From the IMG/VR virus record IMGVR_UViG_3300031521_000066: a stretch of 60,759 bases of DNA; one strand, 5' to 3'. The position numbers and the translations under genes were made by a program. This document shows positions 18,301 to 25,227 of this stretch, piece after piece. The notes under the pieces are model-generated. The model did not search any database. It was not told the DNA's origin and saw only the letters and a list, made by a program, of their open reading frames with translations. The stretch comes from a virus. Every line of letters starts with the position of its first letter. Position 1 is the first letter of the stretch.

Positions 18301-18834
18301 TGGTTTTTGATAACCTTTCTCACCGGGATACATATACTCACCTTTGTCATTTACTACCGCTCCGCCTGTAAGATTGTTTTGAATGTTCTTGCTTACATCG
18401 TCTAAGGCATAACCAGCATTTGCAACAAAATCTTTTGCCGTTGACTTAGCTCCTTTGACAAAATCTTCAGCAACATCTGACTGTATCGGTGTGGGCGCAA
18501 AATTACCTGAAGGTGTTAACGAAGAAACAGGGTTTACTATTTGACCAATTGGCTTAATGGCAGGAATAGGTGTTACCGGTTGGGTATTTGCCCTATCAAG
18601 GCTATCCTGAAATTGGGTGTATTGTCCCGGAGTGGATTCGGATTGCTGTGTAGGTATAAATGAAACCTTGTTTTTATACTCGGGGTATTTTTCGATGATT
18701 TTTGCAGCAAGAACGCTGTCATCTACATCTTTGTAGTCGGGATATTTTTCTTTTATCTTTTTAGAAAATTCCTGAACACTTATAGGTCTTTGTTCTTCTG
18801 CCTGATAATTTGCAGAATTTTCTTGCTCTGACAT
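9322..18834 (-). CDS. giant modular virion/ejected protein of the polyvalent-protein type (3170 aa)
   Basis: One uninterrupted 9.5-kb ORF. It contains Gly/Ala-rich hydrophobic segments, a Q/E/K coiled coil, two H-Y-E ART-like modules, an HEANH zincin, a pyrophosphatase-fold module and a long hydrophobic C-terminal region. Confidence 0.85.
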   Translation of the reverse strand: MSEQENSANYQAEEQRPISVQEFSKKIKEKYPDYKDVDDSVLAAKIIEKYPEYKNKVSFIPTQQSESTPGQYTQFQDSLDRANTQPVTPIPAIKPIGQIVNPVSSLTPSGNFAPTPIQSDVAEDFVKGAKSTAKDFVANAGYALDDVSKNIQNNLTGGAVVNDKGEYMYPGEKGYQKPPESAFRKSIDQWNAPDPTIKNNLASKLGSAAVFIVPAVASALTGSAEVAGLSTGLFGLSGLGEGGQEYDKQRAKDNLPENEDDRNTAGYLYALAYTLPMGKYMGSLLPKGGKIVDGIASSMINNPEAKNFASKVIASFAEKEPTKAVQLVKELASGVGHGVLSMEAMQLTKEATNQFLIGEDIKPEDWWNTAKDAAETGAMFGAVTKSAQIGADAFRNVQARTQVKNDYAKSVEQFKDIPNANYTEAVDNIVKNYTDPQDIINNFNQISGEMNITTPDYYKALDYLKNSVQLNSMFKAKAAEVQKGIDEFKDDNGNVTTANIDGQQYYIRNSKDLGQPGRAIFAKNADGEIKAFGSDMVTDYSSQAPEDIHNKSNATDNQEDNQYLQAQQAQQEAADKGIIPDKSVHTPNGIAKVVAIGDDGMVSVMNEKGHIGNYVLADIEPYKTDAEKQAEKAAIDQQKQAEKDAVDKQQADEKLQAEQQKEAEKIQLQQQQKAEQQQAEAAKVEQDKATLRQQHPEIPKDKDGLPDYDAMEPEMFKREYSKEFGEEETNNTLVELQQAAKDKVEKLVTKRLKSTSLNEKANIAREIKTLNEKVQKIDDVLNPKNTEDENTTGEQQDNAGIDNVENTPVAENGTATENKVEQPTEITSVEDVSRSTQLPESPERTPEEQTGGGASINPNINNKTFIHETNADNFDSFDLSKIGSGQGDSWLGKGFYLQEKGSFKIENYGKNKIEVALTPQAKIFKVQDTPNGKYGDTFVEWAVENTEAGKRKAQERIDAGLSLDNLLPRDILRRNPEVVDKLKEQGYDGLYEDGELVVYNPDVLEVKKIQSSPVDQAAEPTKNIKKVPEKNNNSDVNNENVNQMPSETPVNTEGSTESGENNLQESNVDNSKYKPKQVSFTTPSGDEKNGTVIEDLGNRVKVKGEDGFVYRVKKEDTGEPKLLNITAKAAEDLKEKRNALNALNQISSELNRPVEIVNSSEIPKNVQEEERKRIAAGKETTGFYNPEDGKIYIVSDRIHAVSEAKKTFLHEANHKGLRELFANGDPQSIIGRQYTKFNDLMSDVFDSMEPADIDKVAKDYVPDYSGKENLADNDKQMIADEFLSHLSESETIPSKWQSFVDRLVHLVRKTFGLTSNQFTQNDLLNIIKEQRERMTEGQKVNGKGEGNVRMRLQDKMPEVEEVHRDQVKVNGEWYHNSVLKDGDKLKAGDFIPELMKTPFVKVEDRGYYNPAYISDKQWDAINKNLTKQGFAPRPTSDWVKYFTDNVKSRQVYDNHLQAFEKVLGEKEPKAEKTDDQKFITKTKRYVGTTNNFYEAGYLLNDGTMLDFSGRKHGNTYPQGRAEDHREISSADENSDMDMVKFMASGNIRMKGESNGFEVTKEPTPEQYKTLRSYINASQGQRDFQGMLVDYSEPGQYGTTFSMEYGVKTPASRILNDIRDYYQEGTKPVQSEFIRFRLSDKLPETPEFKSWFGSSKITDENGNPKVMYHATNRDFDKFRDDRILFFSDNPEYVEMYAEGSSAKGAHYVGQAEKELEAKTLAGKSIMPVYLKAENPFDTRIPKHKKVFDSEFINKWGNGTPLDQNLGLPDWTDAEDLKEFFDEKGYKYDGLLLAESHGQTTTAVFSPNQVKSSTGNQGTFSESNPDIRFRMIAKNPDFKKEHERYNGKDFEIKGDELRTTVYNTRFDTDNSGEFLGTSINIDRAISDAESNPYDYDYTGASVSISAEHLEIPIKEIIDNTGDDEFKPEDITKYEIDDFLKGKDTYEYTVDDDYYTYAESEADNANTDDLIYDVQKDLGNRFNTKIGKYSSVYVDKNGNITGDQYDENDNENREVSIRIADHTHNPRNGRPDVTIVIANKNATAGKFAGASTDLSFDEDSSSDEIADEIEQYIKDNYSVDNIRFRINKASEEVNTNPTDAQKKAGNYKKGHVRFDGFDISIENPKGSIRRGVDSYGKEWERELPADYGYFRGTKGKDKDHVDVFMGDKPESDKIYVVDQKNPKTGLFDEHKVMLGFDNVTKARQTYEKAFPADWKGLDQITRTTKQGLKDWFENGNTQKPFNDQAVKFRIADKEDKIKVSNIGFYSPTEKALGKIEQDKGTAGQQAIEGYYQLLKENEGYVRPKGEGDKTVQSLPVTSSMKQSVMSEGVPMFRQTPIEPKNKPIEPIEDLNRMGEAASKVDKLKRAATYVPGVTETAESYNKFAESLRNTLSPSSTASGKIAAENMTENMSHMERTMNQSEARLKEATDKFSKMTHEQSTDFIDKLEDPSVPGGRPQGNEDLQRYADALRELQDKVRDEVRDLGTGKLDQFIENYYPRRFKDPKKAEQFLFSGKSKRPYEGSKQWMNQRTVKTYKESIDKGLEPVDWNPITSVLTNVRDMERYVMAHKTLNTLKLEGLVKYVRLGANRPEGFTLIDDKVSTVSRKTDEGMQIVGHYYAQEGAAQVLNNFLSKGLMGNHAYDLYRGLGNTITQLQLGLSAFHLGFTSMDAAVSKFGLGLEYMYNGNLGEAAKHFAMTPIAPITNIIQGNKLNKAWFGDEAATPEMKQIAQFLEQAGGRVQMDKFYSVKAKEQFHNALADHKFIKAGLVFPLKLVELASKPIMEYVVPRQKLGVFMDMARYEMNEHPNATPTERRAALQYAWRSVDNRMGQMVYDNLFWNKTAKDIMMASVRSVGWNLGTFREIGGAPKELLGVTKNALQGKVSDHTHKIAYVVSLVGMTMLSSAIYQYLRTGKAPSEGKDYFFPKTGETEPNGDPSRSSMPTYMKDIYHYTTNPGKTLTNKLSPIFSIVNQMENNKDFYGTKITEEDDPIYKKGLDELKFMGKQLIPFGIRNAEKSADKDLPDKILPFFGITPAPYDLNMSEAEKTAYDIQATKLPIGGRTSEQKDHSDLLKDLRKEMRKTGGDDSKALEEKKAGNITQEEYHELRKDYKLTGLERTVKNFSYEETYFIYKKANSKEKNTLKPILMEKLRNKIKSTSTTKVERERARQILRDIK
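12115..12537 (-). other. inorganic-pyrophosphatase-fold module of the giant protein (aa ~2100-2240)
   Basis: ISIENPKGS...LPADYGYFRGTKGKDKDHVDVFMG...IYVVDQKNPKTGLFDEHKVMLGF parallels the family I PPase pattern E.P.G / YG(Y/F) / DGDP.DVLV / D....D.K. Confidence 0.55.
13330..13857 (-). other. ART-like (H-Y-E) module 2 of the giant protein (aa ~1660-1835)
   Basis: VMYHATN ... ILFFSDN ... DGLLLAES, the arrangement seen in ADP-ribosyltransferase-like domains of polyvalent proteins. Confidence 0.45.
14800..15400 (-). other. zincin metallopeptidase module (HExxH) of the giant protein
   Basis: KKTFLHEANHKGLRELF; the HEANH codons lie at 15193-15207 (aa 1210-1214). Confidence 0.55.
15805..16257 (-). 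other. ART-like (H-Y-E) module 1 of the giant protein (aa ~860-1010)
   Basis: TFIHETN (His 867) ... GKGFYLQEK ... DGLYEDGELVVYNP. Confidence 0.4.
16745..16960 (-). other. Q/E/K/A-rich coiled-coil, low-complexity segment of the giant protein
   Basis: QQKQAEKDAVDKQQADEKLQAEQQKEAEKIQLQQQQKAEQQQAEAAKVEQ. Confidence 0.6.
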
Positions 18835-18846
18835 ATTATTATAGTA

Positions 18847-20133
18847 TTAAAGTCCTAAATTCAATGGATCATTTTTGGATTGTGGTGTTTGTTGTTGTAC
18901 TGGTGTATTTTGATTGTCCGGTTCAATAACCTGACCGGGGCTTTGTACTTCAGGCCAGGTCTTATTTGGTGCGCCTGTGGTTTCCCATCTTAAATATGCC
19001 TGAAGCAAATTCTGGTCTGTTACTTCCTTACCTAATTCATCAACTACAATTGTTTTTGGTTCTCCATCTTCACCTATAACATTTTTATAAGTTTGATGTA
19101 AGGCCGTTTGAATATACTTTTTGAATTCAGGGTTCGTTTTTGCCCGGCTAATAATATCCCTTTGTTCTGGCTTAGGTATCACCCTGTTAATGGTTTGACC
19201 ATTTGCAGCCTGATAGGTGATGTTTGGAGAACCAAACTTATCTTCCTCTTCGGCTTTCTTAAGACTATTCTCCATTGCGGCTATCTTTAATGCAGTATCA
19301 TTATTCATGCCAGTTGTTTTAACATGGGTTGAATTTGCATCATCGGAAATAGTTTTCTGGTTTGCCAATTGGTCACGTAGTTCCTGATACTTCTGCCGTT
19401 CAGATTCTTTTAACTGGTTACTTTTTAGTTGGTCATCTACCCAATCCATCATTTGTTTATGGTAGTTGTTCTCCCAATTATTAGCAGTTTGTTTATTTGC
19501 TTCTGATATGTTTTTGTAGTTCTGGAACTCTTCGTCACGTGCTTTCTGAATACTTGGAGCGGCTAAAGTATCGGGGTTAATTGTTCTTCCTCCAATACCT
19601 GCCCCAAAAATAGCAAGAGCATCCGCCCATTTAGCTGCTCTCTGTAAGCGCGCGGTACGTTTTTCTTTGTCTGCATTTAATGTAGGTGGGGTTACGTAAT
19701 TTGGGTTTGGAATAGAAGCTGCATATTTTGCAAGGCTTTCCCTATTTTCTTGTGGAACTAATGCTGATATTTTATCTGCCATTGCAGTCTTATCGGTATC
19801 CGTAAGAGGGTAAGCATAGGGCTTATTTAAATCAACACCTATTTTATTTGCCGTATTGGCAACGATATTAGTATCCTTTGCATCCCTTACAGACTGTCTA
19901 TTCACCCTGTTTTGAATAGCTAATTGTCCTGACGGAAGGTCTTCATCCTTCATGTTATCAATAGTATTCTGATTCTGACTTTTCAATTTGTCAATATCGG
20001 TGTGCTGAATAGGATTAACAGGTGTTGGTGTTATTGTTAGTGGTGTTGCTACTGCGGGGGGTGCTGTTATCTTTTGAACATCCAACGGATTTAGCTTTTT
20101 GATATTGTTTTCGGGTTCCTGATTGGTATCCAT
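18847..20133 (-). CDS. putative internal virion/ejection protein (428 aa)
   Basis: ATG start; Q/N/T-rich; the middle gene of the 158-, 428- and 3170-aa operon upstream of terL. Confidence 0.5.
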   Translation of the reverse strand: MDTNQEPENNIKKLNPLDVQKITAPPAVATPLTITPTPVNPIQHTDIDKLKSQNQNTIDNMKDEDLPSGQLAIQNRVNRQSVRDAKDTNIVANTANKIGVDLNKPYAYPLTDTDKTAMADKISALVPQENRESLAKYAASIPNPNYVTPPTLNADKEKRTARLQRAAKWADALAIFGAGIGGRTINPDTLAAPSIQKARDEEFQNYKNISEANKQTANNWENNYHKQMMDWVDDQLKSNQLKESERQKYQELRDQLANQKTISDDANSTHVKTTGMNNDTALKIAAMENSLKKAEEEDKFGSPNITYQAANGQTINRVIPKPEQRDIISRAKTNPEFKKYIQTALHQTYKNVIGEDGEPKTIVVDELGKEVTDQNLLQAYLRWETTGAPNKTWPEVQSPGQVIEPDNQNTPVQQQTPQSKNDPLNLGL

Positions 20134-20161
20134 AATTTTAATATTAGATATTTATTTTTTA

Positions 20162-20638
20162 TTAAGCACCTGTTGCTCCTGCCTTCATTATACTACCTAA
20201 CGCAGTTCCGCCACCTTGCATGGTATTGCTGATAGTATCAATCCCTTTAAAGAAGCCGTCCCATTGTTTGTCTATTGCGCCTACCTTTATATCAGCCGAA
20301 GTTCCCATTTCTTTTAATTGTAGGGCTTTCAACTGTTCAAGTTGTGCATTCCTGTTAGCTTCTGCACCTGTGGCTATATTACCTGCTGCCCCTGCCATTG
20401 CATCGCTAGCCTGACCTTGTGCCGCTACCATTGCTTCGGGGCTTGCATTTGCGCCCATTACATTCATAGACCGGTTATAATAATCTTGTGCGCCTTGTGA
20501 TGCTTTAACCATTGCAGATTTAGAGGCTGCCGTTTCAAATGGGTTTCCATTTTTTAGCGCATCAATGTCGTTCTGACTTTGATTTGCCATAGCGGTAAAC
20601 TCGTCCGCTATCTTGTATTTTTGATTTGATCCGAACAT
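20162..20638 (-). CDS. putative internal virion/ejection protein (158 aa, Ala/Gly-rich)
   Basis: ATG start; first gene of the minus-strand operon; AAQGQASDAMAGAAGNIATGAEA low-complexity core. Confidence 0.5.
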   Translation of the reverse strand: MFGSNQKYKIADEFTAMANQSQNDIDALKNGNPFETAASKSAMVKASQGAQDYYNRSMNVMGANASPEAMVAAQGQASDAMAGAAGNIATGAEANRNAQLEQLKALQLKEMGTSADIKVGAIDKQWDGFFKGIDTISNTMQGGGTALGSIMKAGATGA

Positions 20639-20828
20639 AACCTTAGTATTTTAAGCCCAAAAATAAAGATTAATAGTAAGCGATAATTCTATTATAATGA
20701 CTTGTACTATCTATTAGCGACTTGTAAGCATTAAAAGTATATTACAAGTACCATGTTTATAGTAATATAAAATAAATTTTGATTTTATTTTGTGTCTTAT
20801 TAATGTTAAAATCATAATTTCTCACATC

Positions 20829-21689
20829 ATGGAAAAAGATAAAGTTGAAGAAATGGACGAAAGTGGCATCCCTACCAAGCCCACAGAAACGGAAGCACAA
20901 CCAGCCACAGCACAGAATGATGATAAGCCTGTTGATGATAAAGACGATGTTACCGAAGAGGACATTTCTAATGTCATTGCAACACTTAATGAGTTTCAAA
21001 AGATCATAGGGGGCAAAGAGCAAATTGCCAATATCCCTAAAGAACTGGTGAAAATCAATAAGTTCATGATTGAAAAAATGATTGCCCTTCGTGATATGTA
21101 CGAAGACCCTTACTGGAAACAGATGATTGACGACATGGTGGATCAAAAGGAAGATGGTAAAACACCTTCTGTTGTCGTTGCTGCTGCCCGTGTAATCCCA
21201 CAGGATGAATACGAGGAAGCGGTGGACAATGAAAACTACGATGACGTTCAAGCCAAAGTTGGTCAAAAAGTTCAAGGTATCAAAGACGCTCAGGATAATG
21301 AAGCGTCTATGGCATCTAACTTTAAAGCCTCACAGGATGCAGGGAAAGCCTATTGCCAAAAGATGAATTACGATGATTCAGAAATGAAAGATTTGTTTTC
21401 ATTGGCAATGAGTTGGTTTAAGATTCTTGGTGATGGTATGATTTCAGAGGAAGAATGGGCAAAAATCGACAAAATGAGAAATTATGATGGTGACACCAAG
21501 ATGCTCCGGGATCAACTTCCTGCCGCACCAACAAAAGAGGTACTGCCCGATAAATCATCTATGCAAGCCTCAATGAATGCCCCTGCACCGACAAAGCCCG
21601 CAGCTAAACCAACCAATTCTTTAGAGGCATTGGGAATGGCTCAGTCTACACCGAGTTATATTCGTCCACGAGGGGGAGCTAAGGTTTAA
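20829..21689 (+). CDS. putative scaffolding protein
   Basis: ATG at 20829 (MEKDKVEEMDES...). The protein is highly acidic and predicted helical and sits immediately upstream of the capsid gene. The track start at 20790 is a TTG. Confidence 0.5.
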   Translation: MEKDKVEEMDESGIPTKPTETEAQPATAQNDDKPVDDKDDVTEEDISNVIATLNEFQKIIGGKEQIANIPKELVKINKFMIEKMIALRDMYEDPYWKQMIDDMVDQKEDGKTPSVVVAAARVIPQDEYEEAVDNENYDDVQAKVGQKVQGIKDAQDNEASMASNFKASQDAGKAYCQKMNYDDSEMKDLFSLAMSWFKILGDGMISEEEWAKIDKMRNYDGDTKMLRDQLPAAPTKEVLPDKSSMQASMNAPAPTKPAAKPTNSLEALGMAQSTPSYIRPRGGAKV

Positions 21690-21725
21690 AAAATCAAGTC
21701 TAAAAACATTTAATACAGTTATAAA

Positions 21726-23234
21726 ATGAAAACTATTGTAAAATTTATTCTTTGCGTTTTGTTTTCGATTTTCATGGCTACGCCTGAATCGGTTAACGCA
21801 AGCCTATCGCCGTTCGGTATGAACGCTTCTCTCGACCCTAGTAAGGGTACTGCTGCTGCTGCTGACATCTTTCAAGATGTGGCAAGCATTGAAGAATTTG
21901 GATTAAATGCTTCTGAATTCGTATCTCCTGCATGGTTGGAAATCCTTGTTTTGGTTTCTCCTGCCAGCTTTCCTATTAGTACCTTCCTGACACAAAAAAC
22001 ACTGGATGGTATAAGGGGATTAGCAAAAGCACAAAAACCAACCACCGGAACGTATGAGGATTATTTTATTAAAACAGCCGATGGATCAAGCCGTTTTAAT
22101 CCTCAGTATCGTGTTCAGGAAGACAATATGAAAAATGCTTCTGAATTTGGTGAAACTCAAATCAATAATTATAAATTGAATTGGGGTCAAATTGCTGTAA
22201 TTCCTTACCAAGATTCATTAAGTGCAACCTATACCCAACCAGGACCCGCTACTACAACGGCAGTATTACATGTAAACAATGCTCAGATTTGGACTGCACA
22301 CATGGAAGTTAAGGTACAGAACGCTACTTATGCCGATGGTCAACCTTTAACCCTCTTGATAACCGCTGTTGATACCTCAGCTGGGACTATTACCGTAGCC
22401 TCATTAGGTGGAGCAAGTGGTACTACTGTAATCCCTACCATTAACACAGGTACAAGGGTTACACGTATGGGTACAGCATTTGGGTCAATGGACGTTAAAA
22501 ATACTATGGTAGCACAATATCCAACAAGTGACTATAATTATGCACAGAAGTTTATCACTTCCGTAGTTTATAGCAACTGGTCAATGATGACAAGTTTGTT
22601 TACCAACTATTCATTCTCGATGATTACCAATCTTGCATTACAGGATTTTAGATATGGTCAGGAATTCTCATTCATGTTTGGCCCACGTTGCGAAAAAACC
22701 GTTACAATCGGAGGTGAATCTAAAGTTATTCATACAACTGGAGGATTAGAGCACTTCATTGATCAGGTTATAGAATACGGTACAGGTGGCGGAAATACTA
22801 CTATCACTGAAACTGATATAGTCGATTTCACTAAACAAATGCGTATAGGGAACAATGGTTCTGATACCCGCTTCTGGTTTGCAGGGTCTGATAATATCGC
22901 TGCATTGAATAAAGGAGTGATGAGTGACCGTACCCGGTTTGTTCAGAAAGAATATGATACTATCTATGGTTTGAGCTTTACTGTTCTTTACTCCTTCTTT
23001 GGAACTATCAACGTAATGTATGCGCCTTTAATGGATCAAAGTGAATATATCAATAAAGCATTCCTTTTGGATATGCAGTTTGTTGACAAATTCGTTTTTC
23101 AGCCATTCAAAGAAACGAAAGTTAACTTGGTAGCTTTGAGACAGGCAGACGCTCAGTCAGTAGATATGCTCGAAGCTTGCGGCTTAATTATCCGAAATTT
23201 AGACTGCCATTTCATTGTAGATGTAGCAGCCTGA
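21726..23234 (+). CDS. major capsid protein (putative, HK97-like)
   Basis: 502 aa. It follows the scaffold-like gene and is followed by a strong terminator. The C-terminal pattern is ...YAPLMDQSEYINKAFLLDMQFVDKFVFQPF...EACGLIIRN. The start may instead be the internal Met at 21774. Confidence 0.6.
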   Translation: MKTIVKFILCVLFSIFMATPESVNASLSPFGMNASLDPSKGTAAAADIFQDVASIEEFGLNASEFVSPAWLEILVLVSPASFPISTFLTQKTLDGIRGLAKAQKPTTGTYEDYFIKTADGSSRFNPQYRVQEDNMKNASEFGETQINNYKLNWGQIAVIPYQDSLSATYTQPGPATTTAVLHVNNAQIWTAHMEVKVQNATYADGQPLTLLITAVDTSAGTITVASLGGASGTTVIPTINTGTRVTRMGTAFGSMDVKNTMVAQYPTSDYNYAQKFITSVVYSNWSMMTSLFTNYSFSMITNLALQDFRYGQEFSFMFGPRCEKTVTIGGESKVIHTTGGLEHFIDQVIEYGTGGGNTTITETDIVDFTKQMRIGNNGSDTRFWFAGSDNIAALNKGVMSDRTRFVQKEYDTIYGLSFTVLYSFFGTINVMYAPLMDQSEYINKAFLLDMQFVDKFVFQPFKETKVNLVALRQADAQSVDMLEACGLIIRNLDCHFIVDVAA

Positions 23235-23245
23235 TAAAGATATAA

Positions 23246-23280
23246 AGAGAAGGGGTTTTATATCCCTTCTCTTATCTTTT
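23246..23280 (+). terminator. rho-independent terminator after the capsid gene
   Basis: agagaaggg (23246-54) and cccttctct (23264-72) form a perfect 9-bp stem, followed by a T-rich tail. Confidence 0.65.
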
Positions 23281-23305
23281 AATACATTAATCCAAAAAAG
23301 TAATT

Positions 23306-24106
23306 ATGGAACAAGAGAAAATTTTTGTCTTAACAAACAAAAGAACTTTTAAAAGATCAGTGAATATTTTTGTTTTTGATTCAACCGGGAAACTTGAAAA
23401 AAGAAACATTGTATTTACAACGGAACATTTGATTGACAAGAGCCAAAGGAGCGATGTTGCCCAGACAGTAGCGGCTCAATACTTTGTAAAAAACGATGCT
23501 GAAGCTAATGGGCTAATGGCTAATTCGGGCTATGGGAAAACATTTGTGCGGATAGATGACCCTGAAGGTCAATTGAAACTTCCTACACGGTTTGTATCCC
23601 CAGATGATGCTGAAAAAGCAGCATTGAAGATTCTTTTTGACAAAGCAGGATTGGAATTCAACCCGGCTTATGATACTAATGTTCTAAAAAAGGAATATGA
23701 AATCTATGTTTCTGCATTAGCAGGCACAAACAAAGTGGCTGAAAGTAAAGTAAAGGAAATCCCTGCAAACCCGGTTGATTTCGACAAAAGCCGTAGGGAA
23801 GGTATTTTGGCAGCAAAAGCCAAGTTTGAAGAAAAGTACGGTTATCCTGTGCCTGATGTTGTCATCAATGATTTGGCTTTCTATGATGGGCTTTCAAACC
23901 CTGATTTCCCGGCTGAAGAATACATTTCCAATAAGCAAAAAAGCCTTAATGAAAATGTCAATACGGCTATGGATGCAAACGAAAAAACCAAAGAAAAAAC
24001 TATCGGAGAACTGCAAAAAGCATACTTTGATAAGTTTGGGAGAAACGTAGCCAACGCTAAAAAGAACGATGCAACCTGGATTAAAGGCGAACTCGCAAAA
24101 GAGTAA
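23306..24106 (+). CDS. hypothetical virion-module protein
   Basis: 266-aa ORF with ATG start, between two terminators. Confidence 0.55.
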   Translation: MEQEKIFVLTNKRTFKRSVNIFVFDSTGKLEKRNIVFTTEHLIDKSQRSDVAQTVAAQYFVKNDAEANGLMANSGYGKTFVRIDDPEGQLKLPTRFVSPDDAEKAALKILFDKAGLEFNPAYDTNVLKKEYEIYVSALAGTNKVAESKVKEIPANPVDFDKSRREGILAAKAKFEEKYGYPVPDVVINDLAFYDGLSNPDFPAEEYISNKQKSLNENVNTAMDANEKTKEKTIGELQKAYFDKFGRNVANAKKNDATWIKGELAKE

Positions 24107-24128
24107 AAGTAAAAGCTGAAATAACATA

Positions 24129-24155
24129 AAGGCGGCGGCAACCCGTCGCCTTTTT
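24129..24155 (+). terminator. rho-independent terminator
   Basis: aaggcggcgg / ccgtcgcctt stem with loop caac, followed by TTTTT. Confidence 0.65.
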
Positions 24156-24168
24156 AATAACAAAGAAT

Positions 24169-24507
24169 ATGAATACTCAAATATTGACGGTAGGTAACAC
24201 CTATAAAATTAAAAGACAGAATTACGGAGGCAATACCGGAAGCGTAGGAGCCTTAATATTTAAAGGTGATTCTATATCTGTTAATGTATTTGGCAGTCAG
24301 GTTAAGCCGTCATATCAAGACGAGATGGTAAACCTTAAAGACTTACTATATCCAACACGGGGGGCTATCATTGCCGCTGCCGGGATATTTTCATTTTTAA
24401 TTTTACCCGACTATATCAGGATTGCAGGTACAGTAGAATCTATTGAGCTTGTAAACTATGTAGCAGAAACAGATTTAGGGTTATTACCAGCAAGTGATGA
24501 AGCATAA
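24169..24507 (+). CDS. hypothetical virion-module protein
   Basis: 112-aa ORF with ATG start; its stop overlaps the next start (TAATG). Confidence 0.55.
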   Translation: MNTQILTVGNTYKIKRQNYGGNTGSVGALIFKGDSISVNVFGSQVKPSYQDEMVNLKDLLYPTRGAIIAAAGIFSFLILPDYIRIAGTVESIELVNYVAETDLGLLPASDEA

Positions 24508-25202
24508 TGAGTAAAACTGCTACCGATATTGTAACTAAGGCACTGACATTACTTGATGAACAGTTGACGGAGTTTGCGACAGCCGCAACGACTGAAATGT
24601 CATTAAAGGATATTGCTTTGGATATACTACCAGAGGTGTGTAGAAATCTCATGAAGAGTTTACCTTATGAGTTAAAACGATATTTAGCAAAGTCTGATGA
24701 AAGTTTAGCGCAGGAAGCATTAATAGGGGGAGAAGATCAGACGGGATTAGTAAAAAGAAAGGTTGCCTTTACAGCACCGACAGATTTTTGGGAATTGGTG
24801 GCTATTCGGTTATCTGTATGGTCTAACCCACAAACAAGGTATATCTTAATTGATGACCCCATTTATACGGTTCAAAATAATCCATTTACCCGATCAGGGA
24901 AACAAAACCCAACCGTAGCAATTTCAAACACTACAAAGTTGGAACAAGGTCATTCACTGACAACATCACACACTAGGATAGAATGTTTTTCTGTTCATAA
25001 TGAAGATGAGGTTGTGGTTTCATTGTTTCAGTACATCTCATTTGACAATGTACCGGATGATACTAATAGTGTATGGCCTGATGAATTATTTGAAGTCACA
25101 TCAAAGGCTTTAGCGAGTGAATTAATGTTGATAAAAAATAGGTTACAACAAAGTTCACTTATTGGAAATGAAGGAGCAAAAATTATTGAACAACATAAAT
25201 AA
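24507..25202 (+). CDS. hypothetical virion-module protein
   Basis: 231-aa ORF, translationally coupled to the upstream gene. Confidence 0.55.
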   Translation: MSKTATDIVTKALTLLDEQLTEFATAATTEMSLKDIALDILPEVCRNLMKSLPYELKRYLAKSDESLAQEALIGGEDQTGLVKRKVAFTAPTDFWELVAIRLSVWSNPQTRYILIDDPIYTVQNNPFTRSGKQNPTVAISNTTKLEQGHSLTTSHTRIECFSVHNEDEVVVSLFQYISFDNVPDDTNSVWPDELFEVTSKALASELMLIKNRLQQSSLIGNEGAKIIEQHK

Positions 25203-25227
25203 ATATTAATCATTAAAATTCAAAGTT

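Noticed and set aside
12384-18310. Plus-strand ORFs inside the giant gene (12384-12587, 12617-12835, 13708-13914, 15168-15365, 15557-15790, 16328-16513, 16730-16996, 17918-18310) and the minus-strand out-of-frame ORFs 14337-14546 and 16161-16343
   Set aside because: All are short, lie antisense or out of frame within one continuous 9.5-kb ORF, and have biased low-complexity translations. For example, the Cys/Ser/Ala-rich 16730-16996 mirrors the Q/E/K coiled-coil codons. They are frame shadows.
9322-18834. An N4-like scenario in which a giant virion-injected RNA polymerase uses hairpin promoters
   Set aside because: I could not find T7-like RNAP motifs (R...K.......YG, catalytic DxxxxQ/HDS-type Asp motifs) or a two-barrel DxDGD motif in the 3170-aa protein or in the 929-aa protein. 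The recognisable modules are ART, zincin and PPase-like. A profile search would be needed to exclude it formally.
20757-21275. A 172-aa minus-strand ORF overlapping the scaffold gene
   Set aside because: It is antisense to a compositionally coherent acidic scaffold-like ORF in a plus-strand block. Its hydrophobic, Phe/Ile-rich translation is typical of the antisense strand of a D/E/K-rich gene.
23775-24163. Overlapping ORFs 23775-24050 (+), 23881-24141 (-) and 23894-24163 (-)
   Set aside because: They are shadows of the 266-aa ORF 23306..24106. The minus-strand ones also run through the terminator hairpin at 24129-24155.
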